Shown in pieces: positions 37,101 to 48,381 of a stretch of 64,000 nucleotides of DNA. The translations under genes and the position numbers were made by a program. Positions within the stretch are counted from its first letter, which is position 1. Each line of letters starts with the position of its first letter. The DNA is taken from the NCBI GenBank assembly GCA_030704615.1, contig CM060734.1, forward strand, positions 15,748,001 through 15,812,000, written 5' to 3'. The notes under the pieces are model-generated. The model did not search any database and was not told the origin of the DNA. It was given only the letters and a program-made list of their open reading frames with translations. This DNA is from Takakia lepidozioides. Lineage: Eukaryota; Plantae; Bryophyta.

Positions 37101-38885
37101 TTTGTAATGTCCATAGAGGTTACAGTGAGGGTTCCTCACTTCATTTTGCTGAATGTCAATGCAGACATTCAGTTGTTCTGCATTGTTTTTGCCTCTTGCG
37201 AGGAATCTGGAGGCTTGATAAGCTCTGTTATGAGAAATCCAAAGTGAATGTCGTTGACGACATTCACTGCTGTGTCTGTATTATTCAACAGCGACAAATT
37301 GAATTTACATGGATTGGGAGCTAAGTAATTGGTTTCTTTTTGGTATTTTTCTGAATGGCGTTGACGCCATTCACATACAGTGATGTTGTGAGGTCCTCAG
37401 TGATATGTTCGTTATGAATGTGCATTGAGTTTTCCTGGAGGGTTCCTTACTCGATTTTTTGATTTCCATCCTGTGATTTTGCTTCATTTAAGTAATAATT
37501 TGGCTTCATTAGTGAATGTCGTTGACGACATTCACTTCTATGTCTGTGTCATTCCTAAACGATAATTTGCATTCACCTGGATTAGGGTGTATTTACAGTA
37601 TCATTGAATGGAATGTTCTGAATGGCGTTGACGACATTCATATCTGGAGCAGTAGTGTGGTCCTGAAAGGTCCTTGGAGCAGTTCTCAGAGCCATTTCAA
37701 TCTATGTTTTTTTCATTCTGTTCTACTTGCATCTTACTCACTGAGCGCTTTTGTGGGTTGGGATTTATCTCCTTTTTTCAGGTACACGAAATATGTGCTT
37801 ATGGAAGGAAATCACCTGAGCGGAATTCCCGACTATCTTGACATGTGGTCGGACCCTGCAAACGATCCAACCATGTATACTGCAGGGATATTGAAGGACT
37901 GGAGTCCTTCTCACTTCAGAGACTGTGGGTGGTACCTTGACTGCCCACCTGAGCACACGACCTTTCAAGAACAGCATATGAAATACTTGAACAATAACGC
38001 TGAGATGCTGGCGCCTTTGACTGACGAAGAGTATCAACGAAACATAGCAACATTGGCTGCCAAGGAGCCTGATGCTCAGGGAACGCCGCAGAAGGGAAAG
38101 AAGGCGGGCCGCAAACCAACAGACAAGGCTGTTGATGTCATAGCCATCTCACCAGCAAAGCCAAAGGACAAAGACAAGTCCAAAGAGAAGGAAAATGACA
38201 AGGGGAAGGAGAATGAAAAGGAGATGGAGAGTGGGCAGGACTTTACTGCTGGAAGATATACCCGCACTCTTCAGTGCGTGTTCGATGCCAAGCCACACCC
38301 TTCCCGTTCTGATTCAGCAGGAGAGATGAAAATTGTTAATGAGGGTTGGCTTTCGATGATGCAGAGTTGAAAGAGAGGATACACTGGGGTGCCATCCCCT
38401 ACCTGGGACAATATAATCTCATTCCTCAATCTGGTGAGAATTCCAGTTTCTTTCCTTTTTCTCTGAAAGTTTCGTTGGCAGTATTTCAGTCTCGTTCTTT
38501 GAAAACAATCTTGCCATCGTTCTTATAAAAAACATGTCTGTTGCAGGTGAGCACAGGTCCCACCTTCGTGTGCGGTGTGCAGAAAACTTATGCGGCCGAC
38601 ATTGTCATTCTCGACATCCCGGATGGCCAGGCTGTGCCAGAAGTTCTTCCAAAGGGCAAGACGCCAGGCTGGAACAAATTCGAGGACAACTACTGGAGTT
38701 GGGTGTTCGGGTTCTGTAACAACTTCCTCTCTGATGCAGGGACACTTCTGCTTTTTCAGTCATGTGACAATGATAGTCGTCGGGCATTGGCATCATACCT
38801 CAAGTCTTCAGGGTTTGAAGTTTTGCGCACATGGAATTGTGTGAACAGCCTCTACCTTGTGAAAGGGGGTTTCCCTGGTCAGCTG
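34177..38885 (+). pseudogene. Diverged second-family ParB/Srx + amino-MTase-like gene, 3'-truncated by copy C
   Basis: Predicted exons 34177-34473, 35021-35715, 35810-36002, 36087-36524, 36610-36836, 37782-38433, 38547-38885. Shares IPLCR, FYVS, FYVWDGNHRLLAWM, EKLHRLA, RDC.WY.D.PP and LDIPDG with the main gene. In-frame stops at 35231 (TAG) and 38368 (TGA). Confidence 0.87.
36918..37640. repeat. Six copies of the 22-bp palindrome TGAATG(T/G)CGTTGACG(A/C)CATTCA in an intron
   Basis: Copies start at 36918, 37039, 37245, 37352, 37513 and 37619, as three pairs inside degenerate ~270-325-bp units. Confidence 0.9.
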
Positions 38886-39024
38886 GTATGCCGTCTCCCT
38901 TCTGCTTGTGCTTTGATCATGAGTTTCAATTTTCTCTGCAGCTCCACTCTAGTAGAATGTGTTATTATCGACACCGATCATCACCGATTCATGATTTTTT
39001 GGTGTCTGAGTTTTGAATAGCCGA

Positions 39025-39924
39025 GCCTGTCCAATCGGTCTCGTTCCTGTGACCTCTGGATTTAAAGTGGAAGCAAGTTGGGGAGAAACACCGCAACGCG
39101 CCCGCACAAACAACGTAGCACACCCGCACACCATCGAGCATCTTCATGCTGGTGGTTTTGGTAACGCACCAAGGATGACCGTCATGTTTTCTATCCATAT
39201 CTGTCAACATTCCGGACGCCCTCGAGTAGTCCGCCCGAGGAGGGAACTCAAAGAAGATATTACCGTCGACGTCGGCGGGAAGGCATGTAACCGATTTAAT
39301 TGTAAACTTGCTGTAGTCCAGCCCAGCCAGCTCCGACCGGTGTCCCTCCAGGTGAAGCCCTCGCAGAATTTCAAGAATAGATCGAACTGCGGTGCTCGTG
39401 CTGGGAATATGACTCCCTCCTCCTCTGACGTCCATTGAGGACTTGCCTGATCTCCAGGACGACCTCGGAACTTCCATGACCTCGTCTGAGTCGGACAGGT
39501 TGTGAACAACCCGGTTCTCGGTCGTCTTCATGGATGGGTTCGGCTCTGGATTTACTTCGTTGCGGACTTCTCTCTTTGAGGTAGCCACTCTCTGATTCGC
39601 GGATTGTTTCGTGGAAGGCGCCAGGATAGAAGGTGCATTTGGCGGGCAAATGAAGTCCCCAACAGCCCTGTATATGACGTTGTTCGATGGTGGAACTCGC
39701 CATTCCCTGCCATCGCCGAAATCATCGTGGAGCACAACAATACTCTCGACAACAAGGCCGTTTGAGTCCTTCCTTTCCTCCTCCAAAAAAACCGACCCCG
39801 GTTTCAGATGGTATCGAACTCACAGATATTTCTCCATCACCCGGCAGATGTCCCCTCTGCACGGAAATGAAGCTCTATGCTCGTGAGGAGGGCAGTACAC
39901 TGTAGCACTCGGGTTTTCCGCCAT
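39025..39924 (-). pseudogene. Transposase 5' portion (to mid GCM-like domain)
   Basis: ORF 38989-39786 runs ...HPWCVTKTTSMK...RNETDWTG and then leaves homology. Confidence 0.88.
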
Positions 39925-40224
39925 GGGAGATGTGCACACAAGACTGCCAGGATGGCGTGCGGGGAAGCTCCTTGGTAGAAGGGGGATGCAGCGATGGGAA
40001 GGAATGCGGTGCCGATTTGTCCGAGCGACGAATCCTGATCCAAATCTAGGGAGCCAACTATCTCAAAAATCCACAGTCAGAGTGTTAATGAACCTTGTCT
40101 CCGGAATGCGGCCCCTGGTCTTTGCGCAATAACTGCCAACGGTATGCAGTCAGAAAGTGGGGGGCCGTCCGGATGATGACGGCTGAAGGGGAGAAGCCGG
40201 CACCGTGCCGTCACATTACTACCC

Positions 40225-41705
40225 CCGAATGGAAATTCGGCACCCAATATCCAACAGGGGCCGCACGGATGAAGTCGTCTGGGGCAGAGATGCCGGCACG
40301 TGTCCGACAGAGAACATCCCCCGGACGGAAATTCAGCGCCGAATTTCCATTCGGATCCCCCCAAAGGAAGTCCTGTCGGGGGGTCAGGCCGAAAACTAGC
40401 CGACATAAAAACCTACGCGGATGGAAAAACGGCGCCGAATTTCCATCCGAGGCCTTTCGGATGCAGTCGGCTCAGGGGAAAGGCCGCCATCTGGCCCTCA
40501 CATTACAACCCCCGGACGGAAATTCGGCACCGAATATACAACAGGGGAAGCCCGGATGAAGTCGCCTCGGGCGCAGAGGCCGGCGAGTGTGCGACAGAGA
40601 ACATCCCCTGGATGGAGATTCGGCGCCGAATTTCCATCCGGGCCCCCCCAAAGGAAGTCGTGTCGGGGGCCAGGCCGAAAACTGGCCGGCATAAAAACAT
40701 CCCCAGATGGAAAAACGGCGCGGAATTTCCATCCGGGGCGGTTCGGATGCAGTCGGGGAGGGGGGAGAGGCCGGCACCTGGCCGTCACATTTCAACCCCC
40801 GGACGGAAATTCAGCACCGAATATCCAACAGGGGACGCCCGAATGAAGTCGCCTCGGGCGTAAAGGCCGGCACGTGTTCGACAGAGACCCTGGATTGAGA
40901 TTCGGCGCCGAATTTCCATCCAGCAGGTAAGTGGAGTCCCGGATGGATGGAAATCCGGCGCCGAATTTCCATCCAGCAGGTAAGTCGGATCACTGGCGTA
41001 TGGATATTCGGCGCCGAATTTCCATTCGCCAGGAATTTCGAAGCGCTGAATTACCTTCGTGCAGGTAATTCTGATCGCGAATTACCTTCCTGCAGGTAAT
41101 TCAGCGCTCAGAATTACCTGCAGGAAGGTAATTCAGCGAATATCCATAAGCCAGCGATTCCACTTACCTGCTGGATGGAAATCCGGCGGCAAATTTCCAT
41201 CCATCCGGGACTCCACTTACCTGCTGGATGGAAATTCGGCGCCGGATTTCCATCCATCCGGGGTTCCACTTACCTGCGGGATGGAAATTTGGCGCCGGAT
41301 TTCCATCCATCCGGGGTTCCACTTACCTGCTGGATGGAAATCCGGAGTCAAATTACCTGTGTCAGGGAAATTTGGCGCGCCGCCCTACCTGCGCGGATGG
41401 AAATCCGGCGCCGAATTTCCATCCATCCGCTTCTGAATTACCTGCGTGAGGGAAATTTGGTGCGCCACCCTACCTTCGCGGATGGAAATCCGGCGGCGGA
41501 TTTGCATCCATCCGCTTCCGAATTACCTGCGTGAGGGAAATTTCGCGCGCCGCCCTACCTTGCAGGATGGAAATTCGGCGCTGAATTTCCATCCTGCTGC
41601 GCTCCGAATTACCTGCAGGATGGAAATCCGGCGCCGGATTTCCATCCTGCAGCGCTCCGAATTACCTCTACGTTGGAAATTCCGGGCCGAGTTCCGTCGA
41701 TTTTC
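40225..41705. repeat. Central palindrome arrays of copy C
   Basis: Repeated GGATGGAAAT(T/C)CGGCGCCG(A/G)ATTTCCATCC with the GAATTACC hub at ~41045-41135. Confidence 0.9.
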
Positions 41706-41902
41706 ATCCGACATGGAGGGCTTCATCCGACATTTAATTGCGCAGTTGGGCAATAAATGTCCACCGCCATCCGTTTTCATTCGGGCTGGCGACACATGGC
41801 TTCCTGGATACGTACCCTAAATCTGATGCTAATCTTGGCTTAACATGCTATTCGAGGCATGTACCCCAAAAACGGAGATCTTTTTCCATTTGGCTGGGAC
41901 TT

Positions 41903-44900
41903 ATGCCGCCTAAAGGGCGTGGCTCTCCTGAGAGAGACCTCACATCCAGACCGCGGCGGAAGTTGAAAGCTCTGTACTACGGACGACGGCCAATCTCTCG
42001 CATGGCCAAACTGAAGCTCCAGCAGGAGATTCCAGTGTCTTGCTCACAACCCGCGCCAACTGAAGCCGAGTACTCTCAGGCAAGCCACTTCTGCTTTCGC
42101 TTTGTTCGATTTCTTTTTTGCTTTCGCTTTGTTGCCTCGCTTTGTTTTGCATCTTCATCCTGGCTTCGCTGGATGCGTGAACTTTAGATAGTTGAGTGAA
42201 CCTTAGATTGTTTGCAATGCGTGTGCAAATCCGGCAGCTCTGGAGAAGGCTGCTTGTGCATGTCATTCTCAGGCAATGGTTGCATTTGTTTTCATTGTTG
42301 TTGCATGGCTCTCCATACTTCCTAAACTTGTTATGTTTTCATTTTTGTTACACGATTGTTGCTATGGAGGTTGCGCTGCTCGTTGCGATGCTGCTTTTTG
42401 CACCGATGTTGGTTTTCACGATTTTTGTCAATGACAGAGTGACGACGAGCCCGACACGCTAGTGGTATCATCGACAGCTCCAAGTCATCGCATGTTTGAA
42501 TCGCCCAACTTGGGGCGAGAGGGCAAACTTAAACCTTTTGTTGGTGGACGGGAGGACTTGCAACGACAGTACGACAGAATAGGCATTGGGGAGGTTGGTG
42601 CAGGCGGCATGGCAGGTGAAGGGCGTGAGGACATGAGGACAGCAGATCCGGCAATGGAGGTTGTTCATGCACATGCAGTAGGGCCCGCCCACGCAAAGAA
42701 AAAGAAGAAAACTAAGCACATGCAATCCCCGGCGAGAGAGCCGTCACGGGCTGCGGAGGGGGGAGTGAGCAGTGCGCGCGAGGGTGTCAGTTCGCCTCAA
42801 TCAAAGGTGGTCGTCCTGGAGGGTTCCCCTGCTGCTAGCCCTAGTAAGAAACAGAAAGCCCGTGAGAGGGCAAAAGAGAGGGCAAAAGAACAGACGAGAC
42901 AAATTGCTAGCCAGGAAGAAAGAGAAAAGGCCACTGAAGAGGCCAGGGGTGCCCAAATGACAGATGCCAATGTAAACGAGGGACGCACAGAGACGGTGGA
43001 TCCCTCTAAGACACCACAGAGAGGCAGTAACACACCGGTTAGACCATCGCGGGCAAGAGCAGCCCCTGCAATTACCCATACGGTGGAGAGTGGAGGAGAG
43101 GAAAGAACACCAGAAAGAGCACGGATTGTGCAAGTTCGAGGTGAAGCCAGGGAGAGGGCAGTAGAGACGGGGAGAGTGCTGGAGGTGGTTTCGCAGGTGG
43201 CTGACCCTGTTGAGGAGGACGACAGGGAGCTTTCTGACCAGGATGACATCCTCCCGGACATCCCAAGGCCCCAAACCCGGAGCATACAGGCTGGATTTGG
43301 CGGTCCTGGTGGGCTGCCGGAAAACCCCTCTGCAGCAGACGTCATGTCCGAGGCGGATATGAAGTTGGCCGCTGCCAAGATGTTGGAGGCAACCCACAAC
43401 AACATTGGCAGGGTGCTGGGGGGCATGGTGTACCCGGCCAAGCTTCGAATTCCCCTTTGCCGCTTGGTGTCATTGCAGGTGGGCCGCGTTTTACGTTTCC
43501 ATTGAGAACGACCACGGAGCTTCCCGTGCCCACACTTCCGATGAGGTGGACAAATGGGGTCCCCATTGGCAAACGCAAAATGAGGAGTTCGAGAGATCGA
43601 TTGCTAGTGATCCTCTTTTCCAGCACTTGTCCGGTAAGATGTTCTACGTGTGGGACGGCAATCATCGCCTCCTGGCATGGATGGAGCACATTGCCCAAGC
43701 CCACCCCAACGACCTCGATTGGCATTTCGCCGTGGATTGTGTTGTGCTGAAGGTTGCGGGGCCCAAAGATCGCAGTCTTCTCGAAGCTGCAATGGCCGAC
43801 ATCAACTCGTAAGCTACAACGCCTCTCGCTTTTGGACTTTGAATTTGGAAGTCATTTCATTGCGAATCCTCATATATGATGAAAATTCCCATTTCAGTAT
43901 TGTTTGATGGAAATGTGGCACTGCAGGGTGACTGAGAATGCCTTCATTGCCACCAACTTGTCCCATATGCTCTTTCGAGTGAAGGATGTCGGGAAGCAGG
44001 GGGTGCAAGAGTTTGCCAATTCCCTCAGTGCCGACCTCATGCGCAAGTCGGAGGCAAAGGCAGACAGAACCTGGTATAGGCTGAGCGTCGACGCCATGGT
44101 GGACTACATATTTCGGGTAAAGCTCCTGACAGTTTTGTTGAGCTAATATGTCTCTCCTCCCCCAATAGAAGAAATTGTGTTGAGCAGGATCTCTAATCTT
44201 ATGTGCGCATTCTTGACAGACAAAAATACAGCAGGATTTGGCACATGCGCGGAGGTTCTACATGGAGTCAGAGGAGAAGAATCCAACCCTCCCGGAACTT
44301 GAATCGTATGTCAAAGCTGCGGAGGTGAGGGCCCGCATAAAGTACAAGTCGCGGATGGTAAAGTACGTGGCCATAGCTGATCCCGCCCTTGGTGCCGACT
44401 TTCTGGTGGAGGTGGGGAAGCACTATTCTCGCGCTCTGAAGCCCACGATGACATTGGAGAAGCTCCATCGTCTAGCCACATCCTGTGTGGATGCAACAGA
44501 AAAGGTGATACATTCTTAACCAAATTGTGGTGGCAACAACTCCTTTTTGTGGTGTTTGGCGCTTACGAATATGCTGGGTGGTTGGACAAACCCGGTGGCT
44601 CCAAATCTGGAATGGTTCCCAAAGTACCAGGGACACGTGGAGCTTCCCAAACCGGACAAACTCTCTGACCCCACATTCGACATGTGGATGAACCGCATGA
44701 CATGGTGGTTTCAGGTACTTCCCCACGCTTCGTTTGGGGCTTCTACTCTAGTAGGGGGTGGATTCATTGTATTTTTTCAGGAAAGCGATCTGATGGAGAA
44801 TCTCCACAGGTGACGACGAATGCGCAAGAGCAGCTGGACACACAAGCACATCAGTTCAAGATGGAGATATCTCCTGCAGCAGAGAGCCTACGTGACTATG

Positions 44901-47900
44901 TGACGAGGTACTTTCTGCTCTACAAAACCAACCTATTCTTTCGGGAGATAGCAGATGCTCGCCGGAGCCACGAGTTCACCGACCAGCCGAACGCGGACAA
45001 AGCAGCAATGCGCCTTCTGTACAGGTACATACGTGCTGCCTTTCTTTCAAGTCCTTGCATTTCAGGATGTTAGAAGCCTCATTTGGTGTTAGGGAAAATG
45101 GCGCCGAATTTCCAGTCAGGGCTCCGAAAATGGCTAAGTCCGTAGACTGGCTGGCCCTGAACTGGAAATTCGGCGCCATTTTCCAGTTCTAGGCCCTATT
45201 GCCGTTCAGGGACTTAGCCATTTTCGGGCTAAGTCCCTAGGGTGGCTGGCCCCGAAGTGGAAATTCGGCGCCATTTTCCAGTTGTAGGCCCTATTGCCGT
45301 TCAGGGACTTAGCCATTTTGGGGCTAAGTCCCTAGGGTGGCTGGCCCTGAACTGGAAATTCGGCGCCATTTTCCAGTTCTAGGCCCTATTGCCGTTCAGG
45401 GACTTAGCCATTTTCGGGCTAAGTCCCTAGGGTGGCTGGCCCTGAACTGGAAATTCGGCGCCATTTTCCAGTTCTAGGCCCTATTGCCGTTCAGGGACTT
45501 AGCCATTTTCGGGCTAAGTCCCTAGGGTGGCTGGCCCTGAACTGGAAATTCGGCGCCATTTTTCCAGTTCTAGGCCCTATTGCGGTTCTGGGACTTAGCC
45601 ATCTTCGGGCCAAACCGGGAAAAATGGCGCCGAATTTCCAGTTCAGGGCTCCCAAGATGGCTAAGTCCCTAAGGTGGCAGTCACCGAAAACCGAAATTCG
45701 GCGCCATTTTTCTATTTCTAGGCCCACTCACATCCGCCCCAACCTGGGAAAATGGTTCCGAATATGCATTTCAGGGACCTCATTGTGTTTTTCATGAATG
45801 CAGGTACTGCAAGTTCTCCTTTTTGGAGAAAGGTCATCTGTCTTTCGAGCCACCATTCTTCCTGGCATGGAGGAACCCTGGGGCTGACTCCATGTACACT
45901 GACGATATTGTGAAGGAGTGGCATCTGGAACATTTGCGTGATTGCCCTTGGTATGTGGACCTTCCGCCCGGCTCGCTCGACCCATCCGAGTTTCAATTGA
46001 AGCTGGATGCTGAATTCCGACGAAACCGGGCTCCGATGCCTCCGTTGGGTGCAAAAGAGGCAAAAGCGCTTGCGAACTCCAGGAAAGCGGCAGAGCTTGC
46101 TCAGACAGGAATTCAGGAGAAGTTGCATGAGAAGAGTAAAGGCCAAAGCAAAAGGACAAGGAAACAGGTGAGTGCAGTAACACCCAAAAAGAAGAAAACC
46201 ATCGGGGCATCGGAGGAGGCGCAGGAGGGGACACAAGAGAGTGACTCGGACGACGACTTTGTTCAAGGTCCTGCAACTACTGTTGCTCCTACCCAGTCAC
46301 CGGTCGTCCGGGTTCCCAAGTCAGTTCGGAGTGGGATTGGCTCTGCCAAGAAGTTGGCATTTGAGGGCGAGCCTACACGGCGGTATTCGGCGGTGACGTT
46401 TACGCACAGGCCAAAGCTAGAACCTCCAACCATCATCCAATGCGTCAATGAGAGCTTCCTTGACGCTCTTGCTGCCAGGGCGAAGAAGGTGGCACACAGC
46501 AAGTCTCTGGCGGAGCAGAAGGGGAAAGCCAAGAAGAGGGCTGCCGGTACAGAGCCTAAAGACACCCCTGGTTTTGAAGCCATGATGGAATTCTTCACGG
46601 CTGTGAGCACGAATTGCAAGAGCACTCGGGGGGGGGGGGGGGTTGAGGTGGAGAGAGCTTGCGACATGATTCTCCTCGACATTCCAGATGGGGAGCTGCT
46701 GGAGGGCCTGGATGGTGTGCCCACCTGGAACAGGTTTACTGAGGACTACTGGAAAGCCGGGTTTGGGCTGGCGGGGATGCTTCTGGATGACGGTGGATGT
46801 GTGGTTGTCCTTGCCACGAGAGGGAAGACCACAGAGAATGCGGTGGCAAGGTGGACACCGAAAAGTGTCACCCCGGTCCTCCTCAGAATATGGTTCTGCA
46901 TCAGTACACAGGGGTTGCAAACAGAGGGCCAAAGTGTAAGTTATCAATCTATTGCATTCACTTCATATTGTGGTGTATGTTAAGTAGACCCTGGAGTTGA
47001 TCCCTTCTTTGTTGGATGTGCAGACATTGGTGTTTGAGGCATATTGCTTTGTGAAGAGAGGGTCTACGTTCAAATTCCGCAACAACGGTCGTCTTGTTGA
47101 TGCCGCTGTGGACCCTGTAACCTACGATGTCCTCTACAACTATGTGCCCCACTCCAGTATGCCAAAGGACACAAAGTCAGGCAAACCGTGGCGGTACAGC
47201 CGGACCCGGAGCCCTGCTTTCATCCAAACCCTCATGGAGACGTGCTCGGATGTCCAAGGGCGGATTTTGGACCTCACATGCGGCACGGGTAAGCCTTCAC
47301 GTGCTCAGTTTGTCCCCTGGCCGATTGCAATTGCATGCCGCAAGCTATTAACCGCCCGCTTTGTTCCTCAGGTGCTTCAATGTGGGCAGGGACGTTGTCC
47401 GACAGGCATGTGTTCGCCTTCGAGCCAGATACTGCCCTCCACAACTCGGAACTTGCAGCGGCTGAACGTCTGCCAAAAGAGGAAGATGCATCCTCGGAGG
47501 ATGAGGAAAAATCCGAGAAGGAGCAGGGGGAGGAAGTTGGGATCGAGGCCGAGGAGCCCCCGGTTTACGAGTGAGTGGTGGCATTGTAAGTTGCCTCCAG
47601 ATTTCGTGAGGCACCTCCCTCCGCTCTCTTATTTCATTGAAAACCCTTTCTGGTTGTGCTGGTATTGACATTCTTGAAGTGGATTTGTTCTTACTGTAGG
47701 ATGCCAAGTACTGCCGGAGGGACGTCTACACCGGAGTTCATGGGCAGGAGGAACGTGCCTTTTTTTGCCAGGGGGGATTTCATGCCTAGTCCAGAAAGGG
47801 AGTACATCCTTCCTACTTATGCTGCCCGGCTTGCTTCGGTGTCCATTAGGAGGTGTTCCGAACGTAGTCGTGTACAGCAGATTTTAGACGAGGCAAGCCT

Positions 47901-48159
47901 CAAGAAAATGAAGATGAGGGAGGAGGCAGCAGCTATTAGAGCCCGTCGGGCTCGTAGATTTGTGTTGGATTCTGCTGAGGAAAGTGGGGGAGAAGAGGTA
48001 GAAGATTCCCAGGAGGTGAGGTGGACAGTCCCCCAAGGAGAGGACGGGATTTTTGAGAGTCATAGTGGAACTGATGCATCACAGAGCTCGGAGGATGAGG
48101 GGGATGAGGGGGATGAGGAAGAAGGTGGGGCGAGTTCCTCGGAGGGTGTAGGAGAGTAG
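41903..48159 (+). CDS. ParB/Srx-like NTP-binding domain + beta-class N6A/N4C DNA-methyltransferase-like protein, copy C (best preserved; ~1,480 aa once a 71-bp deletion at 43482 is restored)
   Basis: Predicted exons 41903-42079 (GC donor), 42438-43808, 43927-44116, 44220-44504, ~44625-44714 (acceptor uncertain), 44810-45024, 45804-46935, 47024-47288, 47372-47570, 47700-48159. Phases join in frame. DGNHR at 43654, DIPDG at 46678. Splicing yields RSPAFIQTLMETCSDVQGRILDLTCGTGASMWAGTLSDRHVFAFEPD, matching the motif X-I-II order of N6_N4_Mtase enzymes. This copy is frameshifted by the deletion. Confidence 0.82.
45095..45715. repeat. Intronic ~95-bp tandem array of copy C
   Basis: Lies within the predicted intron 45025-45803. 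Confidence 0.92.
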
Positions 48160-48381
48160 TGGCCATTCCGGCTATGACAGTTAGAACACACTTGTATAGA
48201 CGTGGCTTGCCACAAAATTTGCAATAAAATGTTGCATTTCAAGTCCACTGGTGCCACATTCCAACTTCACATGACCCTATTTCCGTGCCTCCTAACCCTA
48301 TTTCCGTGGACTCACAATGGTCTGCTCATGCTTTTTTTTTTTTCCGCTCATGCTCATGCCGATCATGAAATAGCAGCCCCC

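Larger units (their letters stand above)
39025..48381 (-). mobile_element. MULE copy C (inverted; truncated inside the transposase; intact left TIR at 48381)
   Basis: Ends ...CATGAAATAGCAGCCCCC at 48381 and is the reverse complement of ~48959-57958. Confidence 0.93.

Noticed and set aside
36918-37640. CRISPR or REP-like array of 22-bp palindromes
   Set aside because: Spacing is about 100-200 bp, spacers are mutually similar, and the array lies inside a spliceosomal intron.
42196-42462. Hydrophobic membrane-like ORF MNLRLFAM... (also 18144, 24624, 54807)
   Set aside because: It lies in the T-rich predicted first intron, and its length and frame differ among copies.
43405-43812. Bacterial plasmid or phage parAB locus, or contamination
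   Set aside because: There is no ParA or operon structure. The gene has GT-AG introns and sits within a eukaryotic MULE.
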